64,000 nt of DNA from Podarcis liolepis (taxonomy: Eukaryota): assembly GCA_965112155.1 (NCBI GenBank), contig OZ218109.1; one strand, written 5' to 3'. The translations under genes and the position numbers were made by a program. The first letter of the stretch is position 1, and the number at the start of each line of letters is the position of its first letter. Below, piece after piece: positions 39,001 through 52,589 of the stretch. The notes under the pieces are model-generated. The model did no database searches. It was not told where the DNA came from and saw only the letters and a program-made list of their open reading frames with translations.

Positions 39001-39967
39001 CATGGGATCCAACCCCTGCCCATAAAATATTTGAGGGAGCTGGGCCCCCCCAAAGTTGATGGGCATTGTCATTCAAATGGTGTGTGCGCGCCATGTCATG
39101 CAGGACGGGGCCTACCTGCCCCCCCCCATATTTTATTCAAGTTGGCACCCCTGCAACACTCTTAACCCTGTAATTCCCAATGTGGGGCAAACGCAATTTG
39201 ATTTTTAAGGGGGGCAACTCGAGAATGAGTTATTAACAGTTCATGGCCTTTTAGGGTTCCTACACGTGAATAGGAGTTCACTTTTTGAATAAGAAGAATT
39301 TTAAGTCATGGGGCAGGCGGGCATCGGGATTTTAGAGATGCTTAGGTGGGGCATGGCCAAAAAAAATGTTGGAAACCACTGCTCTAACCATTATGCCACG
39401 CTTCTTCTTTTGCAGGGAAAGATGGTGTAAAGGGCCTCACCATTTGTTATCAGCCAACGTTTTGTGAACGACTTCTGTTAATTATGTAATTAGCACCGCA
39501 TGTACTTTCTGCATTTCATTTCCCTGGGACCTCACTGCTTAGTGTGTTTACAAGTGTCCCAGCCCAAAACAGTGGATTAAGCGTATGCCTTAATAAATGG
39601 ATGGTTTACGATGCCAAAAAGACTTGCAGTTGTTTCCGATACAACAGACTAACAAGGAAATAGTTACGGCGGGTTTTAAGAACCGTTTACTCTTTTCAAA
39701 CACTGCCACTCACATTAAGCCTTGTGACTACGAGACCTTGCTTTTAACTTGGCAGTTACCCTTTGCAAAGGAGACACACATCTAATGTGAAAGGAGAGAC
39801 ACTAAAAGACTAAAAAAAAATCTGGTCGGCAGAGCAAGTGACCCCTTTGCTGCTTCCTACAAGGGGGTTATTCATAGCAGAGGCCTTTTACTCCTGTCCC
39901 ATCTCTGCACACAACTACACTGACCCCTGGCACATGTAAAATTGCACTATCTTTGGGTAAATAAGTA

Positions 39968-40156
39968 CAGTGGTACCTCTGGTTATGTACTTAATTCGTT
40001 ACAGAGGTCCGTTCTTAACCTGAAACTGTTCTTAACCTGAGGTACCACTTTAGCTAATGAGGCCTGTTCTCACCCTGAGGTACTATTTCTGAGTTAGCGG
40101 AGTCTATAACCTGAAGCGTCCATAACCTGAAGCATATGTAACCCGAGGTACTACGG
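39968..40156. mobile_element. Tc1/mariner MITE family A, internally deleted
   Basis: Homologous to 4280 and 38403. Confidence 0.85.
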
Positions 40157-40264
40157 TGGTTTGGAAAACCTGCTTTTTAGGTGAGGAGCTCATTTTCCCT
40201 CGTACATCATGTTCTCATTATCGTATCTCAGACGCAATTGAAGGGATCGGTGTGTGTGTTTTAC

Positions 40265-40506
40265 CTCTCTTTTGTCTCTACACTTGTCAATCTCCTTCTT
40301 CAGCCAGTCAGCTCTTTCGAAGGATTCCAGGCTGTTCACGGCATAGACGAGAACAAAGCCGTCTGCGAGGGAGAAATAATGTTTGGGGAACTCCTCTCCT
40401 TCTTGCACCCCCCTGGTGTCGTACAGGCGCAACTGTTCTTTCACTCCTCGGTCCGTTTCAGCCAAAGCCACATACACATCTTCGCTTGTGGCGCTGCATT
40501 CTGCAC
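40265..40506 (-). CDS. NKIRAS1: NKIRAS1 middle coding exon (242 bp)
   Basis: aacag|GT GCA...AGA GAG|gtaaa encodes [36 protein letters not shown]...[12 protein letters not shown]; DTRG G3 motif of kappaB-Ras. Confidence 0.95.
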
Positions 40507-40752
40507 CTGTTGTTTTCAAAAAGGAGAAACAGAGTTCTTAGCAAACTTGTAATCAGCTCTGGCCTGGACAAATTCACAAAAGGCGCATCTATACAAGCAA
40601 TTGTTTTGTTTCGGTTTTGTATTTGGTATGAATACCTTCATACTGTTGTGGCTTACGGCCAAACAAGTACACACTTACTCAAGACTAATATTAATGGTAC
40701 TAAATGCAAAAGGTGTGTCTCTCCTCCCTGCCCCAAGGTTGAATCGAAAATA

Positions 40753-40991
40753 CAGTGGTACCTCGGGTTAAGTACTTAATTCATTCCAGAGGTCTGTTCT
40801 TAACCTGAAACTGTTCTTAACCTGAAGCACTTTAGCTAATGGGGCCTGCTGCTGCTGCCGCGCCGCCGCTGCACGATTTCTGTTCTCATCCTGAAGCAAA
40901 GTTCTTAACCAGAGGTACTATTTCTGGGTTAGCAGAGTCTGTAACCTGAAGCGTCTGTAACCTGAAGTGTATGTAACCTGAGGTACCACTG
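40753..40991. mobile_element. Tc1/mariner MITE family A
   Basis: TA|CAGTGGTACCTCGGGTTA...GAGGTACCACTG|TA. Confidence 0.92.
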
Positions 40992-41203
40992 TACACTGGC
41001 TGGCACACACTTCTGTGACTGGCACACATTTTGACAAGCAGCAAGTTTGCTACTCGTCGTCAACAGGCAACGTTGAGAACCGCTTTACCGGCGGCTTCCC
41101 AGCCGTGCCACGATTATGGTTTCGGATTATTTGTTGAATAAGAAAGGCAGGCACCTGCAAGTGTCTCTGGAAGGGCAGAAGGGGAACGGCGTGCATCTCT
41201 TAC

Positions 41204-41297
41204 CCACATCGTGCTTGCCATAGAGGACCTGCTCCAGAATGGCGGTCTTCCCCACCGAGGCCATTCCGCAAACCAGCACTTTGTAGCCCTTCCCCAT
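41204..41297 (-). CDS. NKIRAS1: NKIRAS1 first coding exon (94 coding bp; exon starts ~41308)
   Basis: ccgcag|cctgaaagaagATG...GTG G|gtaag encodes [31 protein letters not shown](G); 94+242+240 bp gives 191 aa plus stop. Confidence 0.95.
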
Positions 41298-41534
41298 CTT
41301 CTTTCAGGCTGCGGAGACTGGGCCCGGGGAGCAATCCTGTCCAAGCACCACAAAAGGTCAATGGCATTTCTTACCGTCCAGCAAGAAGCCAGAATTGGAG
41401 CATGGCTGAATTCACACACACGAAGAGGAGGTCACAGGCTTGCCAGGTCAGTGCAGCAGTTTCAGCCAAAGTCTCTCCTACCTTAGCCAAGGTATGTCCA
41501 ACAGGTCATGGCCAAGGAGGAGATAGCTTTACTA

Positions 41535-42066
41535 CCATATTGGCCCGAATATAAGCCACACTTTTTTTCCCCAAATTCCAACTGTGAAAAGTTAAAGTGC
41601 AGCTTAAATTCACGACCTTACAAAAATTGGCTTTTGCGATATCGCTGCTGAAGCAGACATACAGAAAATGGAACAAAATAATGTTTTCATGCCGATTTGC
41701 AAGCTCGAGACTGTTGTGCAATTAATTCTAATGTCATTCGTCGCCTTCCCCTTACTTTACAGTGCAGTACTGATTTTTTAATTTGCATTTACGGTGCTAC
41801 GATTTATGGGCAGAATTGCAGCAATTGAAAAGCGATTTTAGCGATTGTACGGCAACTTTTGAGGGCTTGCAAGATCAAAGGCTTGAACTGGCTTGGCATA
41901 TGGTAAAATAAAATCACTATTTTAGTCACTGAATTTAATGGACCTTTTTCTTTTTCTCTTCAATTTTAAGGAAGCGGCTTATATTTGGGTATTGTCTTTC
42001 CCGCCCCCCTTCAATTTTAAAGGTATGGCTTATTTGCAGGTGTGGTTTATATTTGAGCCAATACGG
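41535..42066. mobile_element. Tc2/pogo-like MITE
   Basis: TA|CCATATTGGCCCGAATATAAGCC...TTGAGCCAATACGG|TA; related to 18376. Confidence 0.8.
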
Positions 42067-42979
42067 TACGATCCCAGGTTCAGATGCTGCTGATCTCAAA
42101 AGCCCACCAGGAATGATGCAGCTGCAGTCACAGTAAGCCATGTTCCAGCTGCTCTCTGGGACATGCGAACCAGGCCAGTGAATGGCAGCCATTTCAGACA
42201 TGGGGCTTTCCCAGCCCTGTTTAGGAATGCCAGGGATTCTACATGCCAAGCATGTGTGCTAACACTGAACTATGGCACTTACTCAAAGGAATAGGGGTCC
42301 CTTCTGTTTCTAAGGGGTTGCATGTGCACAGACCTCAGATTAATGGTGCGATAATGGCGTCAAATGGATTACTTCCATTGCAAGGACTGTCAGGTATTGG
42401 ACAATAACAGACTATTAAAAGACTAAAGGCCGTGACTATTTTGCATGTGTACAGCTGACGTGCAACCAATGTGCAAGAGGGCAAAACGGGGTGTTGCTGC
42501 CCATATTGCAAGGAGATTCACTGAAACACAAACATAAGACTAGCTGTGGTATAAGGGATTTTATCAAGAATGGATTGTATTTGGTTTGAGCAATAGTCTG
42601 GAGGCAGAATTAAAGGGAATCAGACCTTGAAGTACAGCACGTGGGAAGCCACAAAAAAATTATAACTATTTTGAATTACTCTTAAAAAACCAAATAAAAA
42701 TTATTTCAGAAATAAAACAAAAACAAAAACGATTCAACCCGGGATGAATTTCGAGTTCACCTTGAACTAAGAAGGCAGACACGACCCCTTTTTTCAGTGC
42801 CAAGTCTCAACCCTGGAAGCTGCAAAAAAAGAGAAAAAAGTAGAGGTGAGAGTTCCTCTGAGCGGGTCCAGAGCGCATTGCTCAAAGCATTATCTCTGTA
42901 TTGTTTGCACTTAAGGAGAAGTGTTTCTAGGGGAAATTACATGACTTTCCGGGAAATACAAGGCAGAAACTGCTCGTAG

Positions 42980-43620
42980 CAGGAATCCAGGAATCTGCGG
43001 AACTAGCAGGCGGGGCCACGATCCCTCCGGCGTTTTCTTCCAAGCCTGCCAAGGCACGTGGCCTCTTGAACTACATTTCCCAGCAGGCACCTGAGCGCAG
43101 CCCTTTCCCCCTCCTCCTTCCTCTTGGACGTCACGGCGTTGCCGCAAAGCCTTGTGGGAAAGCAGGCCTCTTCCTTTCCGGCTCCGGGCGCCGCTAGGTA
43201 AGGTTGGCGAGCTGGAGGCCGCCCGTAGTTTAATCCCTCGGCATCCTAATTCGGGGAGGCCTACGGGGGTCCGCTCGGGGCGCCGCCCCACGGTCGGTAG
43301 CTGGGGGGAGAGGCGGGTCGGGGTCTCTGGGAGAAGGGAGGCCGGGGAGGCGTAATTCCGCCGGGTTCGGTTGGGAAGGCGGCGTGGCCTGGGCCTACAG
43401 ACCGAGGCGACTCCGCCAGACGGAGCTTGCAGAGGCCGAGGGGGAAGACGAAGAGAATCATAGAGTTGGAAGGGACCCCGAGGGACATCTAGTCCAGCCC
43501 CCTGGAATGCAGAAATAAGCTCGTGAGGCCTAAAAGGCTGGAGCTCGGGCGCTGCTTGCTCCTGAGTAAACCTCCGAGGAGGGACCATTGCGCACATGCT
43601 TTACGTGTCGACGGCCGCGG
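42980..43620. promoter_or_regulatory. CpG-island bidirectional promoter of RPL15 and NKIRAS1
   Basis: CpG-rich; CACGTG at 43055, ACTACATTTCCCAGCAGGC (ZNF143/THAP11-type) at 43070-43088, GACGTCA at 43127; lies between the 5' ends of two divergent genes. Confidence 0.85.
43168..43197 (+). other. RPL15: RPL15 non-coding exon 1 with TCT initiator / 5' TOP tract
   Basis: CTCTTCCTTTCC pyrimidine tract followed by CTAG|gtaagg donor. Confidence 0.85.
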
Positions 43621-44169
43621 GTTTCAGCCCTGACACCAACCAATAGATGGGGTTAAGGTAGCAGGTGATGTTGGGAGCCACTGCCAGCTGCATCAGATGG
43701 TTTATTTACGTATCTCACATCCCTCTCTTTTAAGATGGGTGGGCAAGTAATTGCTTCCAGGTTTTTGCTTCTGCAAAAGTGGGGCATGCATTGTGCGAAG
43801 CAAGTAGATAATAAATGTCCTGCTATGGTCTCAGGTAGCTTATTGTTTGTGCCCACGCAACTTAAAACAAGTGAGAATTCTCTGAAGTTACAAGTTATTC
43901 ACCTTTAGGCACCAGGCAAAAATGTCCCTTTTTAACCAGGCCTTTGGTTGACCTGATCAACATCCTATACCCTTTAAAATGTGGCTCTTTTTTGCGGGGG
44001 GGGGTGTTATTGGATTATTGTTTTTATTTTGATTCTATATATTGTGATCTTTTTTGTGAACTGAGACCTCCAGGTATAGGGCAGTATATATATTCAATGA
44101 ATGAAAGCCTTGTGTTTGTGTTCTGAATGGGTAATTGGGTAAAGGAGTGAGTTTTATAAAAAGAATTGG

Positions 44170-44305
44170 GATCATGTAGAGCTGGAAGGGACCACAAGGG
44201 TCATCTAGCCCAACCCCCTGCAGCGCAGGAATCTTTTGCCTGATGTAGAGCTTGAGCCCACAGCGTTGAGATTGAGCCTCATGCTCTACCCTACTGACTG
44301 AGCTG
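44170..44305 (-). mobile_element. tRNA-Lys-headed SINE with CR1-type tail
   Basis: Minus strand AGCTCAGTCAG...GTAGAGCATGAG...GATTCCTGCGCTGCAGGGGGTTGG...GGTCCCTTCC. Confidence 0.65.
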
Positions 44306-45001
44306 TTGAGTGACTGTTCTTTCTGGATTGAGGGAATAAGGTACAGCCCCTGGATGCTACAGGAGCTTGCATTTGCTGAAGTTATTGCAAGGGGCTTCAC
44401 CAGGCTGGAAAATCATGCAAATCCTTAGTTGTTGTGGGCTGTCGTGCCATAGATCAGTTGCAGGTCAGTGGTAGATCACAGGCTTTGCGTGCAAAAGGTT
44501 CCAAGTTGTGATCCTGGCAATTCCAGCAGCAGTGGGAAACATTCTAGTCTGAAACCCTGAGGAACTGCTGCCAGTCTCTGTAAACCAGGGCTAGAGAAGC
44601 TGTGGTTTCCAGATGTTAATTATATTAGCAACTTTCATCAGCCCCAGTCATAGACAGTGGTCAGGAATAATGAAAAGTTGTAGTCCAGAATGCCAGAAGA
44701 TCTGGATCCCTCACATAAACAAATGATAGGTTAATAGTCTGACAAAGTAAAAAGCAGCTTCCTTTGCTGCTATGTATCTCATACATACTATTTAAATGTA
44801 AATGACATATTAATGAAATCAAGCACAGTATAGATCAGTAGCTCAGAGGGGACAAAGTTGGTTTTTGAGTGGTTTATGAACAAAATGTGTTTCGTTATGG
44901 ACCGCTTTTATTACTAGAGAATGGAAAACACAGTTGCTTTTTTGTTTTCTGAGAGCAATGAAACGCAGTGTGATTTAAACATATCACTTTTTTGCAGCTA
45001 A

Positions 45002-45220
<219 letters not shown>

Positions 45221-45643
45221 TAGTCACTTGGTTATGCACTAAGACTGGTAGTATTGAGCAAAGATAGCTATGTGCGATAATTCCTACTACTTATTATAAT
45301 TGTAACGTGATAAGAGAAAAGTAATCTTGCTTACCTTTCATGCAAGCATATAGGCAACTATCCCAAGCTACAAGAGCATCCATGATAAGTCAGGATGTTA
45401 GAATGGAAACTTTGCCTAAGACTATCTTGAGACTGAAAATCTTGCCACTGTACTTGCATTCACACAGCTGAAACACAATTCCCACCATTTTTCATGCTTC
45501 GTGCAATCTCAGATGAACAAAAATAGATTTTAAATGCACGAGGTTGTCCAGTAACTGAAGTAGAGTATTTGTGGCATCATTAGCAAATTCAAAAATATTG
45601 CTAGAATGTAAAACGCAAATGCTAAATAAAATTTCTCTTGTAA

Positions 45644-45889
<246 letters not shown>

Positions 45890-46396
45890 TGATCAAATCT
45901 GTGTCGCATTGGTTTATCTCCTTTAACTCATGCCAAATTAGAAGAGTATTTGATGTGTATGAATCAGCTTTTAATATGGTTGAGTTGGTAAACTGTGATG
46001 GAGTAACATGTTAAGCAGCATTTATTGTGAGAATAAGGCAGTATGGTTAATGAATAATTATTTCCCACAGAGCAGTTTTTCCAGTGTCAAGTTGGCATTT
46101 TGGAATTCTAGTTTCTAGGTCGCATATGCAAGTATTTTGGTTTGCAAGGTGCTGTAGCCATCCTCTCTATAGAGACAAAGAACTGTCTTTGTTGTAAACT
46201 GAAATTAGATATGTACAGAAATCAGTGAAAGAGCCAGTGCATAAAACTATGTAACAGATTAAAGTGATTACCCTTTTTTGCATTCAGATTGAATGTCCTT
46301 GGTGGTCAGATTTTTAGTTACTGTCGTTATATTTATGTACTTGTTAGATTACTTGTTATTCAGATAGCCACACTCTACAGTGGTAGAGGTACAGTA

Positions 46397-46630
46397 CAGT
46401 GGTACCTTGGTTCTCAACCTTAATCCATTCCGGGAGTCCGTTTGACTACTGGAACTGTTTGAAAACCAAGGTGCGGCTTCTGGTTGGCTGCAGGAGTTTC
46501 CTGCACTCAAGCGGAAGCCGTGTCAGATGTTCAGCTTCCAAAAAAAGTTCACAAACCGGAACACTTCCAGGTTTGCGTTGTTCAGGAGCCAATATGTTCA
46601 ACAACTAAGTCGTTTGGGAACCAAGGTACT
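46397..46630. mobile_element. Tc1/mariner MITE
   Basis: TA|CAGTGGTACCTTGGTTC...GAACCAAGGTAC. Confidence 0.8.
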
Positions 46631-46851
46631 ATTTTGGGAAATACAGCACAGGGAAGTATTTTTAAGAAGTAGGATAACATCAGGTATGGCAGCTAGGTGA
46701 GTTTAGTTGTGCCGTACAGTATTTGCTTTCCCCATTTCTTGGCCATATAGCATCTCTGTAATGAAGTAGATTGCCATGGTATGTTCTATTATGGTAGCGC
46801 TAACAAATCAATTTTCCTCCACAGGCCAATTTGAAAGATAAAATAGTTGTT

Positions 46852-46991
46852 CATAGAATGGTAGAGTTGGAAGGAGTCCTGAGGATCATTTAGTCAAACC
46901 CTGTGCAATGCAGGAATATGCCGCTGTCCCTTACTGGGGTTGAACCTGCAGCCTTGGCATTATCAGCACAACGCTCTAACCAGCTGAGCTA
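46852..46991 (-). mobile_element. tRNA-Ile-headed SINE with CR1-type tail
   Basis: Minus strand AGCTCAGCTGGTTAGAGCGTTGTGCTGATAATGCCAAGG...CCTTCCAACTCTACCATTCTATG. Confidence 0.7.
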
Positions 46992-47178
46992 CCCATCCCT
47001 GTAAGGAAAGAGTTTCTCAATGGAGAAGTCTTTGTCACTCTAATTCTTAAACGTCATGGCTGAATGTTTGGTTCCTTTGTATGAAACTTGTCACCTTGTT
47101 TTCCTGGTGCCTGTAATATTCACAATCCCCAATTCCTCCCTTTTATGTGCTTACGTGAGGTTGTTTTTTCCCTGCTAG

Positions 47179-47484
<306 letters not shown>

Positions 47485-47511
47485 TTCTTTTGCATATAAT
47501 TTTCTCGTTAT

Positions 47512-47517
47512 AATAAA
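47512..47517 (+). terminator. RPL15 polyadenylation signal
   Basis: AATAAA 27 nt after the stop, with a GT-rich tract downstream. Confidence 0.8.
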
Positions 47518-48953
47518 TCAGCCAGAGTTCACATTTCCGCTGTCTTGTGTTTTCATTGGGCACTGGGTGTACCCCACATCAGCTCCTTTTAAAAGAATTA
47601 AGAATCTGGCAGCATATCCAGTATCTCTTCCATTACAGTTGTCACTCTAATAACAGGGTTATAAAAGTTCTGGTGAAGTTGAAAGCTTTTTGATGACCAA
47701 AAAAAATTGCAGTATATACTCATCCAAAAATTCCCAGAAAGGTTTGTATAACTTAACATGGATATGTTCAACTTTAGACCTACTCGGCATAACTAATTGA
47801 GATTACTGACTGCTAGTAATTTCAGTAAATGTAATTTCTGAGTAAAAGTTTAATTCCACTATGCGTTGTGTGCAAGGTAACTACCGTTTTATCTTCTCTC
47901 ATCAGTAACAGTCACCACAGTTAACACTAATAAGATGCCTTAATGATAGAAGCAGCCTCAAATCTTGGTTAAGAGGGGGCCCTTGTTAAAGCTGGCAGAA
48001 GAAACAAGTTGGAGGATAGGAACATACAATCCCACTGTTCCTAATACTTCATTTTGTGATGTGTTTTCAAAACTGCTTGCTTTTAGATGCTCATTTATTT
48101 TTAGGTTGTATTTTGTACTGCATTGATTTCGCATAAGCCACCTTGGGTGCATTTGTAAGAAAGCAAAGTATAAGTTCATAGTATTTCAAATTTTACTAAT
48201 AAACCTAAAGGAGTGGCTATCAGTGTGAGCCTGTGGCTTCTAGATACGCATGCCAGATCCAAATTAGCTTTCACACAAACTGACGGTTGACTGATTACAG
48301 TCTCTTATAATAAAGCGTTCGTGTCTTAGCTTATATGCTGCAAAATGTGCTTATTACAGTTGCTACGTTATTATTTTTTACTAATTAAGTCTAGATTGTT
48401 AGTATAAATGACTTTCACAGCTGCCCGGCAAAGCTAGTTTAATATCAATACAGTGCTTAAAACCCAAGATAAGGATTGGATAAGGTGCTGCTATTCTATT
48501 AAGGGCAACATAATGGAAAACAGCCTCCCACGTAGTTCATAACCTGAGCGTGTTGAATAGCGTTGGAGCGCAGGCTCTTTCAACATTGCAAGTTTTCATT
48601 ATTAACCATTGTCCGACCTTTTCATGCGGGAAACTGCACAGACTGACCCTGCTGTGTTAACTTGTGTATTTCTACAAGAGCTTTCATTAACCGGTTCTTC
48701 TCAGAGAATGGGTTATACAATCTTCATTCTGTTAACTAAATGTATAGCCGATAATTAGGTTTTTCCAAAAACAAACAGCTGATTTTTAAAAATAAAAAGT
48801 TGGGTTCTTTGTTCATGGCTATAGTAAAGTACAGTAAGAGCCCTTAGAAACTGGTAAATGTGAGATTCTTGTGCTTTGTTCTGTCAGGCTAAGCTAGTGA
48901 CATGAAATGGTGTCTAGGAGTGAGCTATAGCTTGTCTCATACCTAGTATTATA

Positions 48954-49177
48954 CAGTCATACCTCGGGTTACAGATGCTTCGGGTTGCGCACTGCGCTGA
49001 ACCCACGAGTACCAGAACAGGTTACTTCCAGGTTTCAGCTTTTGCACATGCGCAGAAGTGCTAAATTGTTCTTTGCGCATAAGCGCCGAATTGCAACCCG
49101 TGCGTGCACAGATGTGACGCTGTGGGTTGCGAACGTGCTTCCCGCATGGATAATGTTTGCAACCCGAGCGTCCACTG
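48954..49177. mobile_element. Tc1/mariner MITE with CpG-rich interior
   Basis: TA|CAGTCATACCTCGGGTT...AACCCGAGCGTCCACTG|TA. Confidence 0.82.
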
Positions 49178-49756
49178 TAATGCAATTCCTACAGCCAAGC
49201 TAGTGCCAGATATTGCTCTGCTTTCCTTCAGACCACATCAGCAAAGCCAGGATCTGGGGTCATGCTATCTAGGCAACCCAGGGCCTCCGTACACCCCAGG
49301 CTTGCATCCTGGGGATGTCACTTCAGTGCTGCTAATGCATTGGTTTGACTTCACTCCTGGAGGCGCACTCCATTGTCTCAAAACAAATGGATGCCAGCGA
49401 CATTTTGCATTTTAGGGATCAATTTACCGGTAATTCATTGTATATGTTTCCATTATCCATACATAGCAGTAGCTGAGAATTATATGAGACACATAATTAG
49501 CATTTTTTGAGAATGGGGGTGTGTGTGCTAGATTTTACCCTTTATTACATGGGTGAGGAGCAGATAACACCAGGATCCTGAACACCGTCTTTCTATCTTA
49601 CAATACTCAAGGCGGTTTACAAGCTGAAGAAACAAAAAATGTACATCTTACAACAATCTAATACAATACAAAAATGTGATAATAAAACATAACGTTAAAA
49701 TAGGCAGCCTACATCAAAAAATTAACATTCAGCAATCAATTAGAATAGTATAAAAT

Positions 49757-50111
49757 GGGTAAAGATAAAGGGACCCCTGACCATTAGGTCCAGTCGTGGC
49801 CAACTCGGGGGTTGCGGCGCTCATCTCGCTTTATTGGCCGAGGCAGCCGGCGTACAGCTTCCGGGTCATGTGGCCAGCATGACTAAGCCGCTTCTGGCGA
49901 ACCAGAGCAGCGCATGGAAACGCTGTTTACCTTCCCGCTGGAGCGGTACCTATTTATCTACTTGCACTTTGACGTGCTTTCGAACTGCTAGGTTGGCAGG
50001 AGCTGGGACCGAGCAATGGGAGCTCACCCCGTCGCGGGGATTCGAACCGCTGACCTTCTGATTGGCAAGTCCTAGGCTCTGTGGTTTAACCCACAGCGCC
50101 ACCCGCGTCCC
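49757..50111 (-). mobile_element. Sauria SINE, full length
   Basis: 11-bp TSD TAGTATAAAAT at 49746-49756 and 50112-50122. Confidence 0.92.
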
Positions 50112-50267
50112 TAGTATAAAATAATATCAACATAAAAGCTGAACAGAAATCCACTCAACAGTTACAATAATATCTAAACTATAATCAATAAAACGACGGC
50201 AAGCCACAGTACATAAAGCAATACAGTACACATTGAGAAGCAGAGGGTGGGGCAAGGCAGGTGGAAG

Positions 50268-50512
50268 GAAGAAGAAGAGTTTGGATTTGATATCCCGCCT
50301 TTCACTCCCCTTCAGGAGTCTCAAAGCGGCTAACATTCTCCTTTCCCTTCCTCCCCCACAACAAACACTCTGTGAGGTGAGTGGGGCTGAGAGACTTCAC
50401 AGAAGTGTGACTGGCCCAAGGTCACCCAGCAGCTGCATGTGGAGGTGCGGAGACGCGAACCCGGTTCCCCAGATTACAAGACTACCGCTCTTAACCACTA
50501 CACTACACTGGC
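50268..50512 (-). mobile_element. tRNA-derived CORE-like squamate SINE
   Basis: Minus strand GCCAGTGTAGTGTAGTGGTTAAGAGC...GGGTTCGCGTC head (A/B boxes) and (TTC)n tail; sits inside one copy of a ~100-bp local duplication. Confidence 0.7.
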
Positions 50513-51984
50513 CCCTTGCCTGATGGAGTCTATCCCCTCACAGTTCTTCCTCCAGGACCAGTTCCCTCATGAGGACTCCTAGGGCCGGAGGGTGGGGCAA
50601 GGCAGGTGGAAAGAGGCCTTTTCTGATGGAGTCTCTCCCTTCACAGTTCTTCCTCCAGGAACAGCTCCCTTATGAGGACGGGTTCGTCTACGGAGTCCTC
50701 CACTGCTATCATAGGAAACTTGCTGTCAATGCCAATCAGCAAATGGGCATTGGCTGCAACCTTCAGTTGCCAGGGAACGGTTAGGATCCTTTCAAGGCTC
50801 CCAATTTTACACTGGCGTTCACATTTGCACCTGCCCCATGTCTGATGTCACATAGGATGCAAGGTGTGGAGCAGCTGTCCACACACTGAGCAAAATAATC
50901 TTGTGGTAACGAATTGGGGCTTAGGTCAAATGTGGCCTATGAGCCAGGGGTTCCACGATATCTGCTTTACTATTATCCCAGCCCAGATCAGGATCCTGTT
51001 CCACCGTTGTTCTGAGGTGAGGAGAATAAATTGCATGATTGTATTTCTTGTGGAAGCATCTGTCAGCGCTGTGACTCTGCAATGATACTGTGACTGAAAG
51101 ATGACATAGCGTTAAAGTTAGGTGTAATCAGTGTTACATTGTGAAAATGATTAGCAGCAGGGCACAGGCTATTTTGCAATTGAAAAAGAGGTTGAGTATT
51201 TCCACGCTGAATATCGTCGGCAAAACTGCAATCTGATAATGTATAAAAGAGAATCTGATTTCAGCATACAACTGTTTTATATAGGAAATAAGCATTAAAT
51301 ATGGATAAACCCAGAAGAGTAAGTTGTAACTAAACATAAAAACTCGTGTCTGACTCACAAAGTTTGTATTTCAGAAAATAACCAAATACAATGAGATGTT
51401 TCTGTAATATAGTACTGAAAACTGCAATGCAAATTGTTCTAGTGTTAAGAACAAAGGCATATTTTTGTGTCTGCAGGAGGTATTATAGCAATATAGCCAA
51501 GTTAATGTTGTAAAACACAAAGCAAACTAAAGATGAGTTGGCAGAAAACATGTTAAATATTTGCTTTGATTATTCTCTCAACCTTTCCCTGAATTTACAA
51601 ATCTCCACAGAGGCTTATTTAAAAATAGCTATGCTTTGTTGGGCGGTATTTAGCAAGCAACGTTAATTCCATCCTACAGCTCTGAACAGCTTCTCCAGGC
51701 TGCAGGAAGCTTCAGCCACAAATATTTACTATACATTTCACATCCGTGTGCAAAGCTTCTTATTTCTTATTTGTTTATTAAAACATTTCTATATCTCCTC
51801 CCTGTGGAACGCCCTCTCATCAGATGTCAAGGAGACAAATAACTACGTACACAACTTTTAGGACACCTGAAGGCAGCCCTGTATTGGGAGGTTTTTAATG
51901 GTTGATGTTTCATTATGTTTTTACGAGTGTTGGAAGCCACCCAGAGTGGGCGGGGTATAAATGAAATAATTATACTTTACTCTA

Positions 51985-52225
51985 CAGTGGTACCTCGGTT
52001 GTCAAACGTCATCTGTTCTGGAAGACTGTTTGACTTCCAAGACATTTGACAACTGAGGCACAAACAGCAGTCTCCAAAGTCAATGGAGACAACTGAAAAT
52101 CACACAACAGAATCTGTTCGCCTTCCAAAAAGCGTTCGAAAACCGAAGCATTTACTTCCAGTTTTTCGGCGTTCAAAAACCGAAATGTTTGGCTTCCGAG
52201 ATTCTAGAAATCCGAGGTACCAATG
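51985..52225. mobile_element. Tc1/mariner MITE
   Basis: TA|CAGTGGTACCTCGG...CCGAGGTACCAATG|TA. Confidence 0.8.
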
Positions 52226-52329
52226 TAATATTAATAATCATCATCATCACATTAAAAAACACATTAGAACTGCAATTGAAAAACTAGGATTGAGTTAAAC
52301 TTGTAATATTCTGAGACCATGAATCATTG

Positions 52330-52458
52330 AACTTCCTTGGAGGTTTTTAAGCAGAGGTTGGATGGAGATTTGTCATGGATGCTTTAGCAGAGTTTCCTGC
52401 ATTGCAGAGGGTTGGACTGGATAACCCTTGGGTCCCTTCCAATTCTCTGATTCCATGA
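52330..52458 (+). mobile_element. CR1 LINE 3' end
   Basis: TCCTTGGAGGTTTTTAAGCAGAGGTTGGA...GGTCCCTTCCAATTCT...ATTCCATGA. Confidence 0.75.
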
Positions 52459-52589
52459 ATTCCTGTGAACTCCAAGGTCCCTTTCCTAAGCTTTTATGGA
52501 GATTCTCCCTCAAGCACCCTGCCTCCAGTCCAGCTAGTATTAGTCACGACCAATTGCATTTCAGAGGAACTTCGATGCCCTGATCTTGT

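Noticed and set aside
41375-41405. 31-nt NKIRAS1 5' UTR mini-exon (ttcag|...ACG|gtaag on the - strand)
   Set aside because: Would leave only a 66-nt intron and has no independent support; needs RNA-seq.
42911-43597. 228-aa minus-strand ORF
   Set aside because: Spans the CpG-island promoter and a CR1 fragment; no recognisable domain.
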